Positions 44,400-53,525 of a stretch of DNA of 64,000 bases are shown piece after piece (position 1 is the first letter of the stretch; each line of letters starts with the position of its first letter). Position numbers and translations under genes: made by a program. The stretch is from assembly GCA_023249095.1 (NCBI GenBank), contig JAHFDK010000013.1:28-64027 (forward strand), read 5' to 3'. Origin of the DNA: Candidatus Rokuibacteriota bacterium. Lineage in GTDB: Bacteria > Methylomirabilota > Methylomirabilia > Rokubacteriales > CSP1-6. The notes beneath the pieces were generated by a model. That model had not been told where the DNA came from, ran no database searches, and saw nothing but the letters and a program-made list of their open reading frames with translations.

Positions 44400-44490
44400 A
44401 CCCCCAACGCTTGGCGCGCGCTCAACCCTCAGAGCGCCTCCCGCTCGGGCCGTCCCGGCGAAGGCGTGGCGCGCCCCGTTGGCGCCCACG

Positions 44491-45711
44491 TCAGCTCAGC
44501 GGAAGCTCGCGCTCGAAGACGCTGAAGGGCGAGCGGCGCGCGGCCTCGAGCGCTTTCCTGATCTGCGGCTCGCCCCGCCCGGCGCCCTGCCGCAGCAGTG
44601 TCTCGAAGAACCCGACGTAGAACGCGTCCGGCTCGACGACCACGGCCAGGCGCGCGCGCATCCCCGGACCCGGAACCTTCATCCGATAAGCCAGGGTCAC
44701 GCTCTGCCCGGGCCGGAGCCGCGTGTCGAACGCTTCGCGCGACAGGTCGAGGGCCACCTCGCGCCCGACGATTTTTTCCTGCCGGCTTCCGGCCAGCACC
44801 TGCCCCGCCCCGTCCACCAGCTCCGCGCTCAGGACGACCCGCGGCGTGACGTAGGTCGGAAACGCGTGGCCAACGCGCGTGCTGGTCACGCGTAAAGTGA
44901 CGGCCGCGACGTCGCCGGGACGGTAACGCGCGGCCCCCGCCGCCGCGGTGATCGTGAGCCCCGAGCGCACCATGTCGGCGTCGTGGATGCCGCGCCACAG
45001 ATGCCGCCGCTCCGGCATGTGGCAATCCTGGCACTGGACGCCCTCACGGGCGAACCGGCTCGCCTTCCATTCGTTGTAGGTGTTCTCGAGCAGCTTGCCG
45101 TTCAGCGCGAACCCGTCGGGTGCGAACTGGTGACAGCTGCCGCAGAACTCGGACTTGAGGAAGGCGGGCGTGCGCGTGACCCCGTCGTGAGGCAGCGTCT
45201 GCCGTGGGACGCCGCTCGCGATCGAGCCGTCACGCCGGGGCGGGCCGAAGCGCTGATGGCCCCGCACGTGGCAGCCGGCGCACGGCACGCCCTTGGCGCG
45301 GAGCGAGCCGTCGTGCGCGGGGTTGGGCCGCACCTCGTTGCCCTCAGCGACCAGCGGCGATTGCTCGGCGAGCGGCGCGTGACACGTGAGACATCCGAGC
45401 GCCGACCGCGGATCGCCCTCGAGCATCTCCACGAGCTGACCCTCGAGGCCCGGGCCCGTCGCCGCGGCATGCGTGCTCTCGCGCCAGTCGGCGAACTGCG
45501 CGGAGTGACAGGTCCCGCACGCCTCGGGGTGGAGCGAGGCCTCCAGCGGCGAGAAGCGCGCGGGCGGCGGGCCTTGAGGCGCCAGCGGCGGGCGCCAGTG
45601 CCGCCGGAGAAAGTCCTGGATCGCATCGGCGCCGACGGCGGCGGTGCCGAGCAGCACGGCCAGCGTCGCCGCGCCCGCGGTGCGAAGGGGCAGTCGCATC
45701 GACGGAAGCAT
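44491..45711 (-). CDS. Secreted pentaheme c-type cytochrome
   Basis: Signal peptide, then five CxxCH motifs (CGTCH, CLTCH, CAGCH, CGSCH, CQDCH) in the first 260 or so residues, followed by a heme-free C-terminal domain of about 140 aa. Confidence 0.85.
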   Translation of the reverse strand: MLPSMRLPLRTAGAATLAVLLGTAAVGADAIQDFLRRHWRPPLAPQGPPPARFSPLEASLHPEACGTCHSAQFADWRESTHAAATGPGLEGQLVEMLEGDPRSALGCLTCHAPLAEQSPLVAEGNEVRPNPAHDGSLRAKGVPCAGCHVRGHQRFGPPRRDGSIASGVPRQTLPHDGVTRTPAFLKSEFCGSCHQFAPDGFALNGKLLENTYNEWKASRFAREGVQCQDCHMPERRHLWRGIHDADMVRSGLTITAAAGAARYRPGDVAAVTLRVTSTRVGHAFPTYVTPRVVLSAELVDGAGQVLAGSRQEKIVGREVALDLSREAFDTRLRPGQSVTLAYRMKVPGPGMRARLAVVVEPDAFYVGFFETLLRQGAGRGEPQIRKALEAARRSPFSVFERELPLS

Positions 45712-45779
45712 GATAGCGCGGGCCGACTGCGGTACAGTATGGCCGCGCAGTCATCCTGACCGCTTCCTGGAGAATCGTC

Positions 45780-48335
45780 GTGGATCCGTACCGTTTGCCG
45801 CGGGATGTGCGACCGACTCGTTACGAGCTACGGCTCGAGCCCGACCTGACGACGCTCACCTTCGCGGGCGAGCAAACCGTCACGCTCGAGGTCGCGGAGC
45901 CGACCTCGCAGATCGTCCTGAACGCGGTCGAGCTCACGATCGACGAGGCGACGATCACGAACGCGCGGGGCGACTCGCGCCGGGGTACCCCTGTCGCCGA
46001 CGAGCCGGCGGAGCGCTGCCGGCTCACGTTCCCGTCGACGATCGAGCCGGGCACGTGGCGGCTGCGCCTGGCGTTCAGAGGGACCCTGAACGACAAGCTC
46101 CGAGGCTTCTACCGGTCGAGCTACAAGGACCCGAACGGCGAAGTGCGGCTCATGGCCGCCACGCAGTTCGAGGCGACCGACGCCCGCCGCGCGTTTCCGT
46201 GTTGGGACGAGCCGGACTTCAAGGCCGTGTTCGCGGTGACGCTCGTGATCGACCCGAAGCTCACCGCCGTGTCGAACACGGCCGTCGTGGGCGAGCGGGT
46301 CGAGGGCGGACGCAAGATCGTGGCCTTCGCGGATTCGATGAAGATGTCCACCTACCTCGTGGCGTTCGTTGTCGGCGAGCTGGAGGCGACCGACCCCGTC
46401 CTGGTGGGCAAGGCGCCCGTGCGCGTCTGGTGCGTGCCCGGCAAGCGCCGGCTTGCCGCCTTCGGTCACGAGATCGCGGTCGCCTCGCTCCGCTTCTTCG
46501 AGAACTATTACGGCCTGCCGTACCCGGGCGACAAGCTCGATTTCCTGGCGATCCCGGACTTCGCGGCCGGGGCGATGGAGAACCTCGGCGCGATCACCTT
46601 CCGCGAGACGGCGCTCCTGGTGGACGAGCGCGCCGCCTCGCACAGCGAGCTCGAGCGCGTCGCCGACGTGGTCGCCCACGAGAACGCGCACATGTGGTTC
46701 GGCGACCTCGTCACGATGACATGGTGGAACGGCATCTGGCTCAACGAAGCGTTCGCCACGTTCATGGAGATGCTCGCGGTCGACGCCTGGAAGCCCGAGT
46801 GGCAGCGCTGGACAACCTTCGGCGTCTCGCGCGCCGCCGCCCTCTCGGTCGACGGGCTGCACTCGACGCGGCCGATCGAGTTCCACGTCGACGCGCCCCG
46901 CGACGCCGACGCGATGTTCGACGTGCTGACGTACGAGAAGGGCGCGTCGGTGCTCCGGATGCTCGAGCAGTATCTCGGCCCGGCGGTCTTCCGCGACGGC
47001 GTCCGCGAGTATCTCCGGCGGCACGCCTACGCCAACGCCGACACCGGCGACCTCTGGGCCGCGCTGGGCCGCGCCGCGCGCCAGCCGATCCCGGCGGTGA
47101 TGGACGGCTGGATCTTCCAGCCCGGCTATCCGCTCGTGAGTGTCCGGCTCGAGGGGGGCCAGCTCGTGCTGAGCCAGCAACGCTTCACGTACCTGCCCGA
47201 GCCCCTTCCCGGGTCGATGCCCGCGGCGCAGGATCAGCTCTGGCAGGTCCCGGTGCAGGTGCGGATCACCGCGGCCGGGCGCTCGGCGACCGAGCGTCGG
47301 CTGCTCGCAGGGGCGGAAACGCGGCTCCCGGTGCCCGAGCGTGTTGACGCGGTCCTCGTCAATGATGGCGGCCACGGATTCTATCGCGTTCGCTACAGCG
47401 GCGAGCTCCTCGGGCACCTCCTGGACGCCCTGCCCGAGATCGCCGCGATCGAGCGGTTCAACGTCGTGAACGACGCGTGGGCCGTGACCGTGGCGGGCCT
47501 CATGGCCCTTCCCGATTACCTCGAACTGACCGCGCGCTTCCGCGACGAGCGTGACCGGAACGTATGGGCGGTCCTGCTCGCGTCGTTCGCCACGCTGAAC
47601 CGCATCGTCGAGCCCCGGCACCGGCCGCAGCTCGCCGCGCTCGTCCGCGGCCGCGCGGCGCGCGCCTTCGCGACTCTGGGCTGGACGGTGCGGCCCGGGG
47701 ACGACGAGCTGACGCGCCAGCTCCGGGGCGATCTGCTGCGCGCCCTTGGGGTGCTCGGCGACGACCCCGCCGTGCAGGCGCGTGCCGCCGAGCTCTACGC
47801 GGGGACGGCGGGCACGGTCGATCCCAACGTGCTCCCGGCCCTCATCGGCGTGCTCGCCCACGCGGGCGACGCCGCGCGCTATGACGAATTCCTGCAGCGA
47901 TTCCGATCGGCATCCACGCCGCAGGAGGAGCAGCGGTACCTCTACGCCCTGGCCGCCTTCCGGCAACGCGAGCTGATCGCGCAGACGCTGGCGCGCACGA
48001 TCGACGGGGAGTTCCGGACCCAGGACGCGCCGTTCGTGGTGCGGTCACTGCTGATGTCCGTCTACGGGCGCGAGCTCGCCTGGGAGTTCGTCAAGGCGAA
48101 CTGGGACACGATGGAACGGCAGTACCCGAAGCACGGGCTCCGGCGCCTGGCCGAGGGCGTCATTGGTCTCGCCACGCCCGAGCTGGAGCGCGACGTGCAC
48201 GCCTTTTTCGAAGCCCGCCGGCCCGAGTTCGGCGGCAAGACGCTCGAGCAGTACCTCGAACAACTCCGTATCGCCGTGCAGTTGCGCGAACGCGAATCCA
48301 CCGCGCTCGCCACGTACCTCGCGCGATTCGGCTGA
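45780..48335 (+). CDS. pepN: M1-family aminopeptidase N
   Basis: 'GAMEN' exopeptidase motif ('AAGAMENLGAI') and 'VVAHENAHMWFGDLVTMTWWNGIWLNEAFA' (HExxH-18-E). GTG start. Confidence 0.9.
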   Translation: MDPYRLPRDVRPTRYELRLEPDLTTLTFAGEQTVTLEVAEPTSQIVLNAVELTIDEATITNARGDSRRGTPVADEPAERCRLTFPSTIEPGTWRLRLAFRGTLNDKLRGFYRSSYKDPNGEVRLMAATQFEATDARRAFPCWDEPDFKAVFAVTLVIDPKLTAVSNTAVVGERVEGGRKIVAFADSMKMSTYLVAFVVGELEATDPVLVGKAPVRVWCVPGKRRLAAFGHEIAVASLRFFENYYGLPYPGDKLDFLAIPDFAAGAMENLGAITFRETALLVDERAASHSELERVADVVAHENAHMWFGDLVTMTWWNGIWLNEAFATFMEMLAVDAWKPEWQRWTTFGVSRAAALSVDGLHSTRPIEFHVDAPRDADAMFDVLTYEKGASVLRMLEQYLGPAVFRDGVREYLRRHAYANADTGDLWAALGRAARQPIPAVMDGWIFQPGYPLVSVRLEGGQLVLSQQRFTYLPEPLPGSMPAAQDQLWQVPVQVRITAAGRSATERRLLAGAETRLPVPERVDAVLVNDGGHGFYRVRYSGELLGHLLDALPEIAAIERFNVVNDAWAVTVAGLMALPDYLELTARFRDERDRNVWAVLLASFATLNRIVEPRHRPQLAALVRGRAARAFATLGWTVRPGDDELTRQLRGDLLRALGVLGDDPAVQARAAELYAGTAGTVDPNVLPALIGVLAHAGDAARYDEFLQRFRSASTPQEEQRYLYALAAFRQRELIAQTLARTIDGEFRTQDAPFVVRSLLMSVYGRELAWEFVKANWDTMERQYPKHGLRRLAEGVIGLATPELERDVHAFFEARRPEFGGKTLEQYLEQLRIAVQLRERESTALATYLARFG

Positions 48336-48342
48336 GGGGATC

Positions 48343-48867
48343 ATGCGACGACTGGTTGGGACGATCGCCGTGGCTCTCGCAGGACTCTTCACCCATGCGG
48401 CGGGCGCGTGGGGCCAGCACGACCACGGCGGCGGTCAGGCGCAGGGGCATCAGGCGGCGCAGGCGTGCGCGATCGAGTTCGAGCAGGTCGTCGGCGAGGG
48501 CCGCGGTTTCGGCATGGCGTTCGTGGCCGATCAGAACGGCTACCCCGGCCCCATGCACGTGCTCGAACTGAAGGACCGGCTCAAGCTGACCGCGGACCAG
48601 GAAGCGAAGATGCGGGAACTGATGCACGCGATGTTCGCCGAGTCGAGGCCAAAGAGCGCGCGTTTGCTCGAAGCCGAAGCGAAGCTCCGGCATCTGTTTG
48701 CCGGGAGCGCGGCCGACGACGCGGCGTTGCGCACGGCCGTCGGCGAGGTCGAGCGCGCTCGGAGCGAGGTTCGACTGGTCCATCTCCTGACACACCTCAA
48801 GACGCGCGACCTCCTGACCGAGGACCAGCGGCGGATCTACCACCAGGCCCGCTGGGGCGGGCGCTAG
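48343..48867 (+). CDS. Periplasmic Spy/CpxP-family (LTxxQ) protein with a His-rich N-terminus
   Basis: Signal peptide 'MRRLVGTIAVALAGLFTHAAGA', 'QHDHGGGQAQGHQ', and two LTxxQ motifs ('LKLTADQ', 'LLTEDQ'). Start moved to ATG 48343. Confidence 0.7.
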   Translation: MRRLVGTIAVALAGLFTHAAGAWGQHDHGGGQAQGHQAAQACAIEFEQVVGEGRGFGMAFVADQNGYPGPMHVLELKDRLKLTADQEAKMRELMHAMFAESRPKSARLLEAEAKLRHLFAGSAADDAALRTAVGEVERARSEVRLVHLLTHLKTRDLLTEDQRRIYHQARWGGR

Positions 48868-49155
48868 CCGGCGTCGGGTGAATAGCGGAGGACGCGCACC
48901 TTCTCCATCGTGATCAGGCCGCCCTTCATGAGGCGGTCCACCTCCGGCAGCACGGCGTCCAGGTGCTCTTGTGTTCGCCGTATGGATCACGGAGTTGGCG
49001 CCGAAGCCCGCGACGCCCCTGATGATGGTCGCGCCGGCCAGCCCCTTGGCCCTGAAAAGCTCCAGGAGCGCGGCGGCGAGCGGGCGCTTGCCGGCGCGGT
49101 CGGACTCACCGAGAAACACCCGCATCAAGACTTGCTCGCCTTCGATCTTCCGCAT
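48864..49155 (-). pseudogene. DUF190 (CrcB-associated) gene disrupted by an internal deletion and frameshift
   Basis: From ATG 49155 the frame reads 'MRKIEGEQVLMRVFLGESDRAGKRPLAAALLELFRAKGLAGATIIRGVAGFGANSVIHTAN'. The family-like C-terminus 'QEHLDAVLPEVDRLMKGGLITMEKVRVLRYSPDAG*' continues in a different frame from about 48973. The usual segment of about 17 aa between the two parts (I.L..DLP.V.E.VD) is missing. Confidence 0.55.
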
Positions 49156-49157
49156 GG

Positions 49158-49547
49158 CTATACCCGTACGCCGACGACCAGCCGCCCCACGGCGATCCCC
49201 AGGAAGCACATCGCCAGACAGAGCGCCGTCGTCGCCAGGACGTTGGTCCACGCCTGACCCCAGGCACCGGCCGCCACCAGCTGAACGGTCTCGTAGCTGA
49301 ACGACGAGTATGTCGTGAGGCCGCCCATGATGCCCATGGTCAGGAACAGCCGTGTCGCTTCCGGCATGACCAGCGTCGTGGTGCCGATCTGTTGGATGAG
49401 ACCGATGAGGAACGAGCCGACGATGTTCACGATCAGCGTGCCGTAGGGGAAATCGGCGCCGAGCCATCGGGCCGCGAAGCCGGAGGTCACATAGCGGAGT
49501 CCCGTTCCGATCGCGCCGCCCAGACAGATCAAGAGGAAGCGCTCCAC
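49158..49547 (-). CDS. crcB: Fluoride channel CrcB/FluC
   Basis: 'LLICLGGAIGTGLRY', 'YGTLIVNIVGSFLIG' and 'GIMGGLTTYSSFSYE'. GTG start at 49547. The 149-aa track ORF is over-extended. Confidence 0.85.
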   Translation of the reverse strand: MERFLLICLGGAIGTGLRYVTSGFAARWLGADFPYGTLIVNIVGSFLIGLIQQIGTTTLVMPEATRLFLTMGIMGGLTTYSSFSYETVQLVAAGAWGQAWTNVLATTALCLAMCFLGIAVGRLVVGVRV

Positions 49548-49551
49548 GAGG

Positions 49552-50217
49552 TCAGGCGATCGCGATCGGCGCGTCGACGTACACCGTGTACGTGCGCGGC
49601 CGGCCACGCTCGGCGTCGTTCTGGTCCACGTACATGATGGAGGTCCGGCCGCGGATCTCGCGCGGCAGGATCGCGACCCGGACGAAGCTCGTCGGCTCGT
49701 CCTTCGACGCGACGGCGAACACGGGCTCGCGACCGCTCTCGAACCAGGCGCCGCCGGGCATCACCCTCCGCGCGGGCGCCTCGCCCACGGTGACGTCGAG
49801 CACGCCGGCGATCAAACAGCGGATGCCACCGCCCCGGTGCCGGTGCGGCAGCGCGACGCCGCCCGGCGCGAAATCGACGCGATCGGCGCGCATCAAGTAC
49901 TCCACGCGCGGGTCGAGGTCGATCGTGTGCTCGAGGAGGACCTTCGCCGCGCTCCCGGGCCCGCCGACCGGCGCCGCGCCGCGGATCAGCTCGTAGCGCA
50001 GCACGGTGGCGCCCCCGCCCTCCGCGCCGACCTCGCAGGCTCCCGCACCGTGCCAGACCTGATCCTCGAGAACAGGCACCTCACGCGCTCCGGTCACCAC
50101 GAGCGCGCCGCGTCGCACGTAGAGCACGCGGTTCAGCGCAAGCAGCGAGCACCGTCCAGAGGCGCCCAGCGTGTCCTCGCACAGGCGCAAGGCATATCCG
50201 GAATTCTCGGACGCCAT
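49552..50217 (-). CDS. Cupin-domain protein
   Basis: 'FAPGGVALPHRHRGGGIRCLIAGVLDVTVGEAPARRVMPGGAWFE' fits the cupin_2 two-motif pattern. ATG 50217 or 50226. The 415-aa track ORF is over-extended. Confidence 0.6.
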   Translation of the reverse strand: MASENSGYALRLCEDTLGASGRCSLLALNRVLYVRRGALVVTGAREVPVLEDQVWHGAGACEVGAEGGGATVLRYELIRGAAPVGGPGSAAKVLLEHTIDLDPRVEYLMRADRVDFAPGGVALPHRHRGGGIRCLIAGVLDVTVGEAPARRVMPGGAWFESGREPVFAVASKDEPTSFVRVAILPREIRGRTSIMYVDQNDAERGRPRTYTVYVDAPIAIA

Positions 50218-50263
50218 GGGCGTCATTGTACGCTGCGCGCGCTCCGTGATACGTTGCGGGGCG

Positions 50264-52237
50264 ATGAGAGCCTTGATGCTCGGGCTCCTGATTGCGAGCG
50301 CCTGGCTCGCCGTTCCCCGCAGCACCGCGGCGTTCTCCATCCAGGAAGCGATCCTCCGCGTGAAGCCGGGGGTGGTGCTCATCACGGCCGAGGTGCGCGC
50401 GGACGTGACGCTGAACTGCGGGCGCGGGCCCGTCACCGTCAGCCCCGCGCCGTTCATCGAAACGGGCACCGGGTGGTTCGTCGACGGCCGCGGCTTCCTC
50501 GTCACGAATGCGCACGTGGTGGACCCCGCGTACCGGATGCCGCCGTGGGTGACGCACGAGCTGAAGAAGAAGGCGATCGAAGAGGCCTGCGTCGTGCCGC
50601 AGCTCCGCGCGCGGGGGCTCATGCGTGGTGAACGGCTCGACCTCGAGGAGGAGATCCGCCGAGAGGCGACGAGCCGGGCGCTCGCGAGCGCCAAAGTCGA
50701 GGCCCAGCCCCAGATCACCGTCCTGCTCTCGAACGGGATGAAGCTCAAGGCGGAGGTCAAGAAGTTCAGCCCCCTGCTCTTGCTCGACAAGGCCGGCAAG
50801 CCGCTCCCCGGCTCGGGACGCGACCTGGCGCTGCTCCGCGTGCCCGACGGCGACGGCGTCTATCCTGCGATCGGGCTCTCGACACGCGACCCGCAAATCG
50901 GAGATCCGATCCACATCCTCGGCTTCCCGGGCGTTGTCTCCTCCCACGAGCTCCTCAATCAGAGCTCCACGCTCGAGGCGTCGGTCACGAACGGCGCCGT
51001 GTCCGGTATCAAGCAGGACCAGATCGGCCAGGATCTCGTGCAGACCGACGCATCGGCCGCGCACGGAAACAGCGGCGGGCCGGGTATCGGTGACGACGCC
51101 GGGGTCGTCGGCGTGATGGTGGCGGTCACGCTCTCGCCGTCGGGCGGCGCCATCGTGCAGGGGTTCAACTTCCTGATTCCCGCCAAGGACGTCGCCAGAT
51201 TCTTGCAGGGCACGGAAGTCACGAAGCCCGGCGACAGCAAGTTCAACCCGGTGTGGGCCGCAGGCATTGAGCTGCTCCTGGACCAGCGCTACAAGGCGGC
51301 CGTCGTGAAGATCTCCGAGGCCAACAAGCTGGTGCCGAATCTCCCCGACGTCAAGCGCGCCCTGGCCGAAGCCCAGGACAAGGTGAAGAATCCGCCGCCC
51401 CGACCATTCCCGTGGGCCTGGGCGACCTTCGGCGTGACCCTGCTGAGCGTCGGCGCCTACGGTGGCATTTGGGGCAAGCGCTGGTGGAAGAATCGCTTTC
51501 GCGTCATGCCGGCGCAGGTGATCGCGTTCCTCGAGAAGGGGCTCAACCCCGTCCTGCTGGACGTGCGGACCAAGGACGACTTCGAGACGAGCCCCCTGAA
51601 GCTGCCGGGCTCGATCCGGTTCGAGCCCGGAGAGGCCGAACGCGCCCCGGTCAATTTCGAGCCCAGTCAGCTCATCGTTGCCTACTGCACGAGCCCCGAA
51701 GAGCAGCAGAGCGCGCGGGTGGCGCAGATTCTCCGCCAGCGAGGCTTCAAGAACGTGCGAATCCTCAAGGGCGGCCTCGGCGGTTGGACCAACGCCCGAC
51801 TGCCGGTCGAGGCGAAGTCCGCGCTGCCCTCGATCGGGCTCGAGCTTTACAAGAATCTCTCGCTCGGCGACGTCGAGCGGCGGCGATTCAAACCGGGCGA
51901 CGTCATCTTCAAGGAGGGCGACGATTCGCGGGGCGAGGCGTACGTGATTCACGCGGGGACGGTCGAGATTCGTCGGAGCTTCGACGGCGCCGAGAAGGTG
52001 CTGAACCGGAGCGGTGAGGGCGAGCCCCTCGGGGAGATGGGGATCCTGCGCGGACGGGCCCGGCGGTCGGCGACCGCGGTCGCGTCGGAAGACGTCGAGC
52101 TGCTCGTCATCAAGGAGGAGCGGCTCGAGTGGCTCATCCGGAACCGGCCCCAGCTCACCGCCGAGCTCCTGAAGCGTCTCTCGAACCTCGTCGTCGCCAC
52201 CGACCAGGAACGGGCGCAGGCCGGGAACGTCAGATGA
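50264..52237 (+). CDS. Multidomain protein: secreted trypsin-like Ser protease, one TM helix, rhodanese domain, cyclic-nucleotide-binding domain
   Basis: Signal peptide 'MRALMLGLLIASAWLAVPRSTAA'. Catalytic triad contexts 'VTNAHVV', 'DLALLRV' and 'GNSGGP'. TM helix 'WAWATFGVTLLSVGAYGGIWG'. Rhodanese region 'VLLDVRTKDDFE...IVAYCTSPEEQQSARVAQILRQRGFKNVRILKGGLGGW'. cNMP region 'FKPGDVIFKEGDDSRGEAYVIHAGTVEI...GEPLGEMGIL...RSATAVA'. Confidence 0.8.
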   Translation: MRALMLGLLIASAWLAVPRSTAAFSIQEAILRVKPGVVLITAEVRADVTLNCGRGPVTVSPAPFIETGTGWFVDGRGFLVTNAHVVDPAYRMPPWVTHELKKKAIEEACVVPQLRARGLMRGERLDLEEEIRREATSRALASAKVEAQPQITVLLSNGMKLKAEVKKFSPLLLLDKAGKPLPGSGRDLALLRVPDGDGVYPAIGLSTRDPQIGDPIHILGFPGVVSSHELLNQSSTLEASVTNGAVSGIKQDQIGQDLVQTDASAAHGNSGGPGIGDDAGVVGVMVAVTLSPSGGAIVQGFNFLIPAKDVARFLQGTEVTKPGDSKFNPVWAAGIELLLDQRYKAAVVKISEANKLVPNLPDVKRALAEAQDKVKNPPPRPFPWAWATFGVTLLSVGAYGGIWGKRWWKNRFRVMPAQVIAFLEKGLNPVLLDVRTKDDFETSPLKLPGSIRFEPGEAERAPVNFEPSQLIVAYCTSPEEQQSARVAQILRQRGFKNVRILKGGLGGWTNARLPVEAKSALPSIGLELYKNLSLGDVERRRFKPGDVIFKEGDDSRGEAYVIHAGTVEIRRSFDGAEKVLNRSGEGEPLGEMGILRGRARRSATAVASEDVELLVIKEERLEWLIRNRPQLTAELLKRLSNLVVATDQERAQAGNVR

Positions 52238-53453
52238 CGCCGCGCTCGCGGAGCCCCGTCATTTCGGCGTTCGAGAGCCCGAGCTTCCCGCCGTAGATCT
52301 CCTCGTTGTGTTCTCCGGGCCTGGACGGCCCGGCGCCCTTGATCTGTCCCGGCGTCAGCGACAACCGCGGGACGACTCCCGGCATCACGATCTGGCCCAG
52401 CAGCGGCAGCGCGACCGAAACGATGTTGCCCCGGGCGCGCACGTGCGCATCCTCGAAGAGGTCGCGCACGCTCGCGACGAGCGCGGACGGCACCTCCGCC
52501 GCCTCGAGCGCCGCGAGCGCCCTCGCCGCGTCGCGTTCGGCGACCCACGCGCCGACGAGCTCGTCCACGACCGTCCGGTGCTCGAGCCGCGCCGGCGTCG
52601 TCGCCATGCGCGGATCGCCCGTGAGGTCGGGCCGACCCAGCGCCTGGAGGAGGCGGACGAACATCCGATCGTTCGTGCACGCGATCGCGATCCATCGTCG
52701 GTCGCGGCTCAGATAGTGATTGTGCGGCACCGCGCTCTCGGTCCCCGAACCAATCCGCTCCCGTACGTCGCCGGTCCCGCCGTAGACCGCGATCGCGTCG
52801 TCGAGCACGCGGAGCACCGGCTCGTACAAGGCCAGATCGACGACCTGACCTTCGCCGGTGCGCTCGGCGTGGCGCAGCGCCACGAGCGCGCCGAAGGCGC
52901 CGAACACGCCCGCGAGGTAGTCGGGAACCGTCGGCGTCCCCGGCGACACGGGGGCGCGGTCCGGGTACCCGGAGAGGTACGCGAGGCCGCCGACCGCGGC
53001 GGCGATGCGTCCGAATCCGGGACGCTCGCGGTTCGGCCCGGTCTGGCCGAACGCCGAGATTCGCACCATGACGAGTGAAGGCCGGACCCGCGAGAGCTCG
53101 TCCCAACCGAGATTCCACCGCTCGAGCGTTCCGGGTCTGAAATTCTCGGTGACCACATGCGCGGCAGCGACCAGCCGCTGGATCAGCGCCTGGCCCTCAG
53201 GATCCCTGAGATTGCACGTGATCGACTTCTTGTTGCGCGCCTCGACGAACCACCAGTACGAGTCGCCGCCCGACGGCGCGACGGTGCGGCCCAGGCGCCG
53301 CAGGTCGTCGCCGACGCGCGGCTGCTCCACCTTGATCACGTCCGCGCCGAACTCGCCGAGCAGCGTCGCGCAAATTGGTGCCGCCAGGTAGGTCGCCAGA
53401 TCGAGGACACTGACGCCGTCGAGCGCGGCGCGGGAGTCGGCCACGCCGATCAT
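52230..53453 (-). CDS. Family III CoA-transferase (CaiB/BaiF)
   Basis: 'LDGVSVLDLATYLAAPICATLLGEFGADVIKVE' and the overall length and pattern of the family. Confidence 0.9.
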   Translation of the reverse strand: MIGVADSRAALDGVSVLDLATYLAAPICATLLGEFGADVIKVEQPRVGDDLRRLGRTVAPSGGDSYWWFVEARNKKSITCNLRDPEGQALIQRLVAAAHVVTENFRPGTLERWNLGWDELSRVRPSLVMVRISAFGQTGPNRERPGFGRIAAAVGGLAYLSGYPDRAPVSPGTPTVPDYLAGVFGAFGALVALRHAERTGEGQVVDLALYEPVLRVLDDAIAVYGGTGDVRERIGSGTESAVPHNHYLSRDRRWIAIACTNDRMFVRLLQALGRPDLTGDPRMATTPARLEHRTVVDELVGAWVAERDAARALAALEAAEVPSALVASVRDLFEDAHVRARGNIVSVALPLLGQIVMPGVVPRLSLTPGQIKGAGPSRPGEHNEEIYGGKLGLSNAEMTGLRERGVI

Positions 53454-53525
53454 CTTACCCCGCTCGTGCTAGGATCGGCCGGGCCGGGCGCGGATCGCCA
53501 CGCCTCTCGGCCCGAGAGGACACCG

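Noticed and set aside
49548-49560. Fluoride (crcB-motif) riboswitch upstream of crcB
   Set aside because: Only 4 nt separate crcB from the preceding cupin gene. The region upstream of the cupin gene is 40-50 nt of divergent promoter, which is too short for the riboswitch fold.
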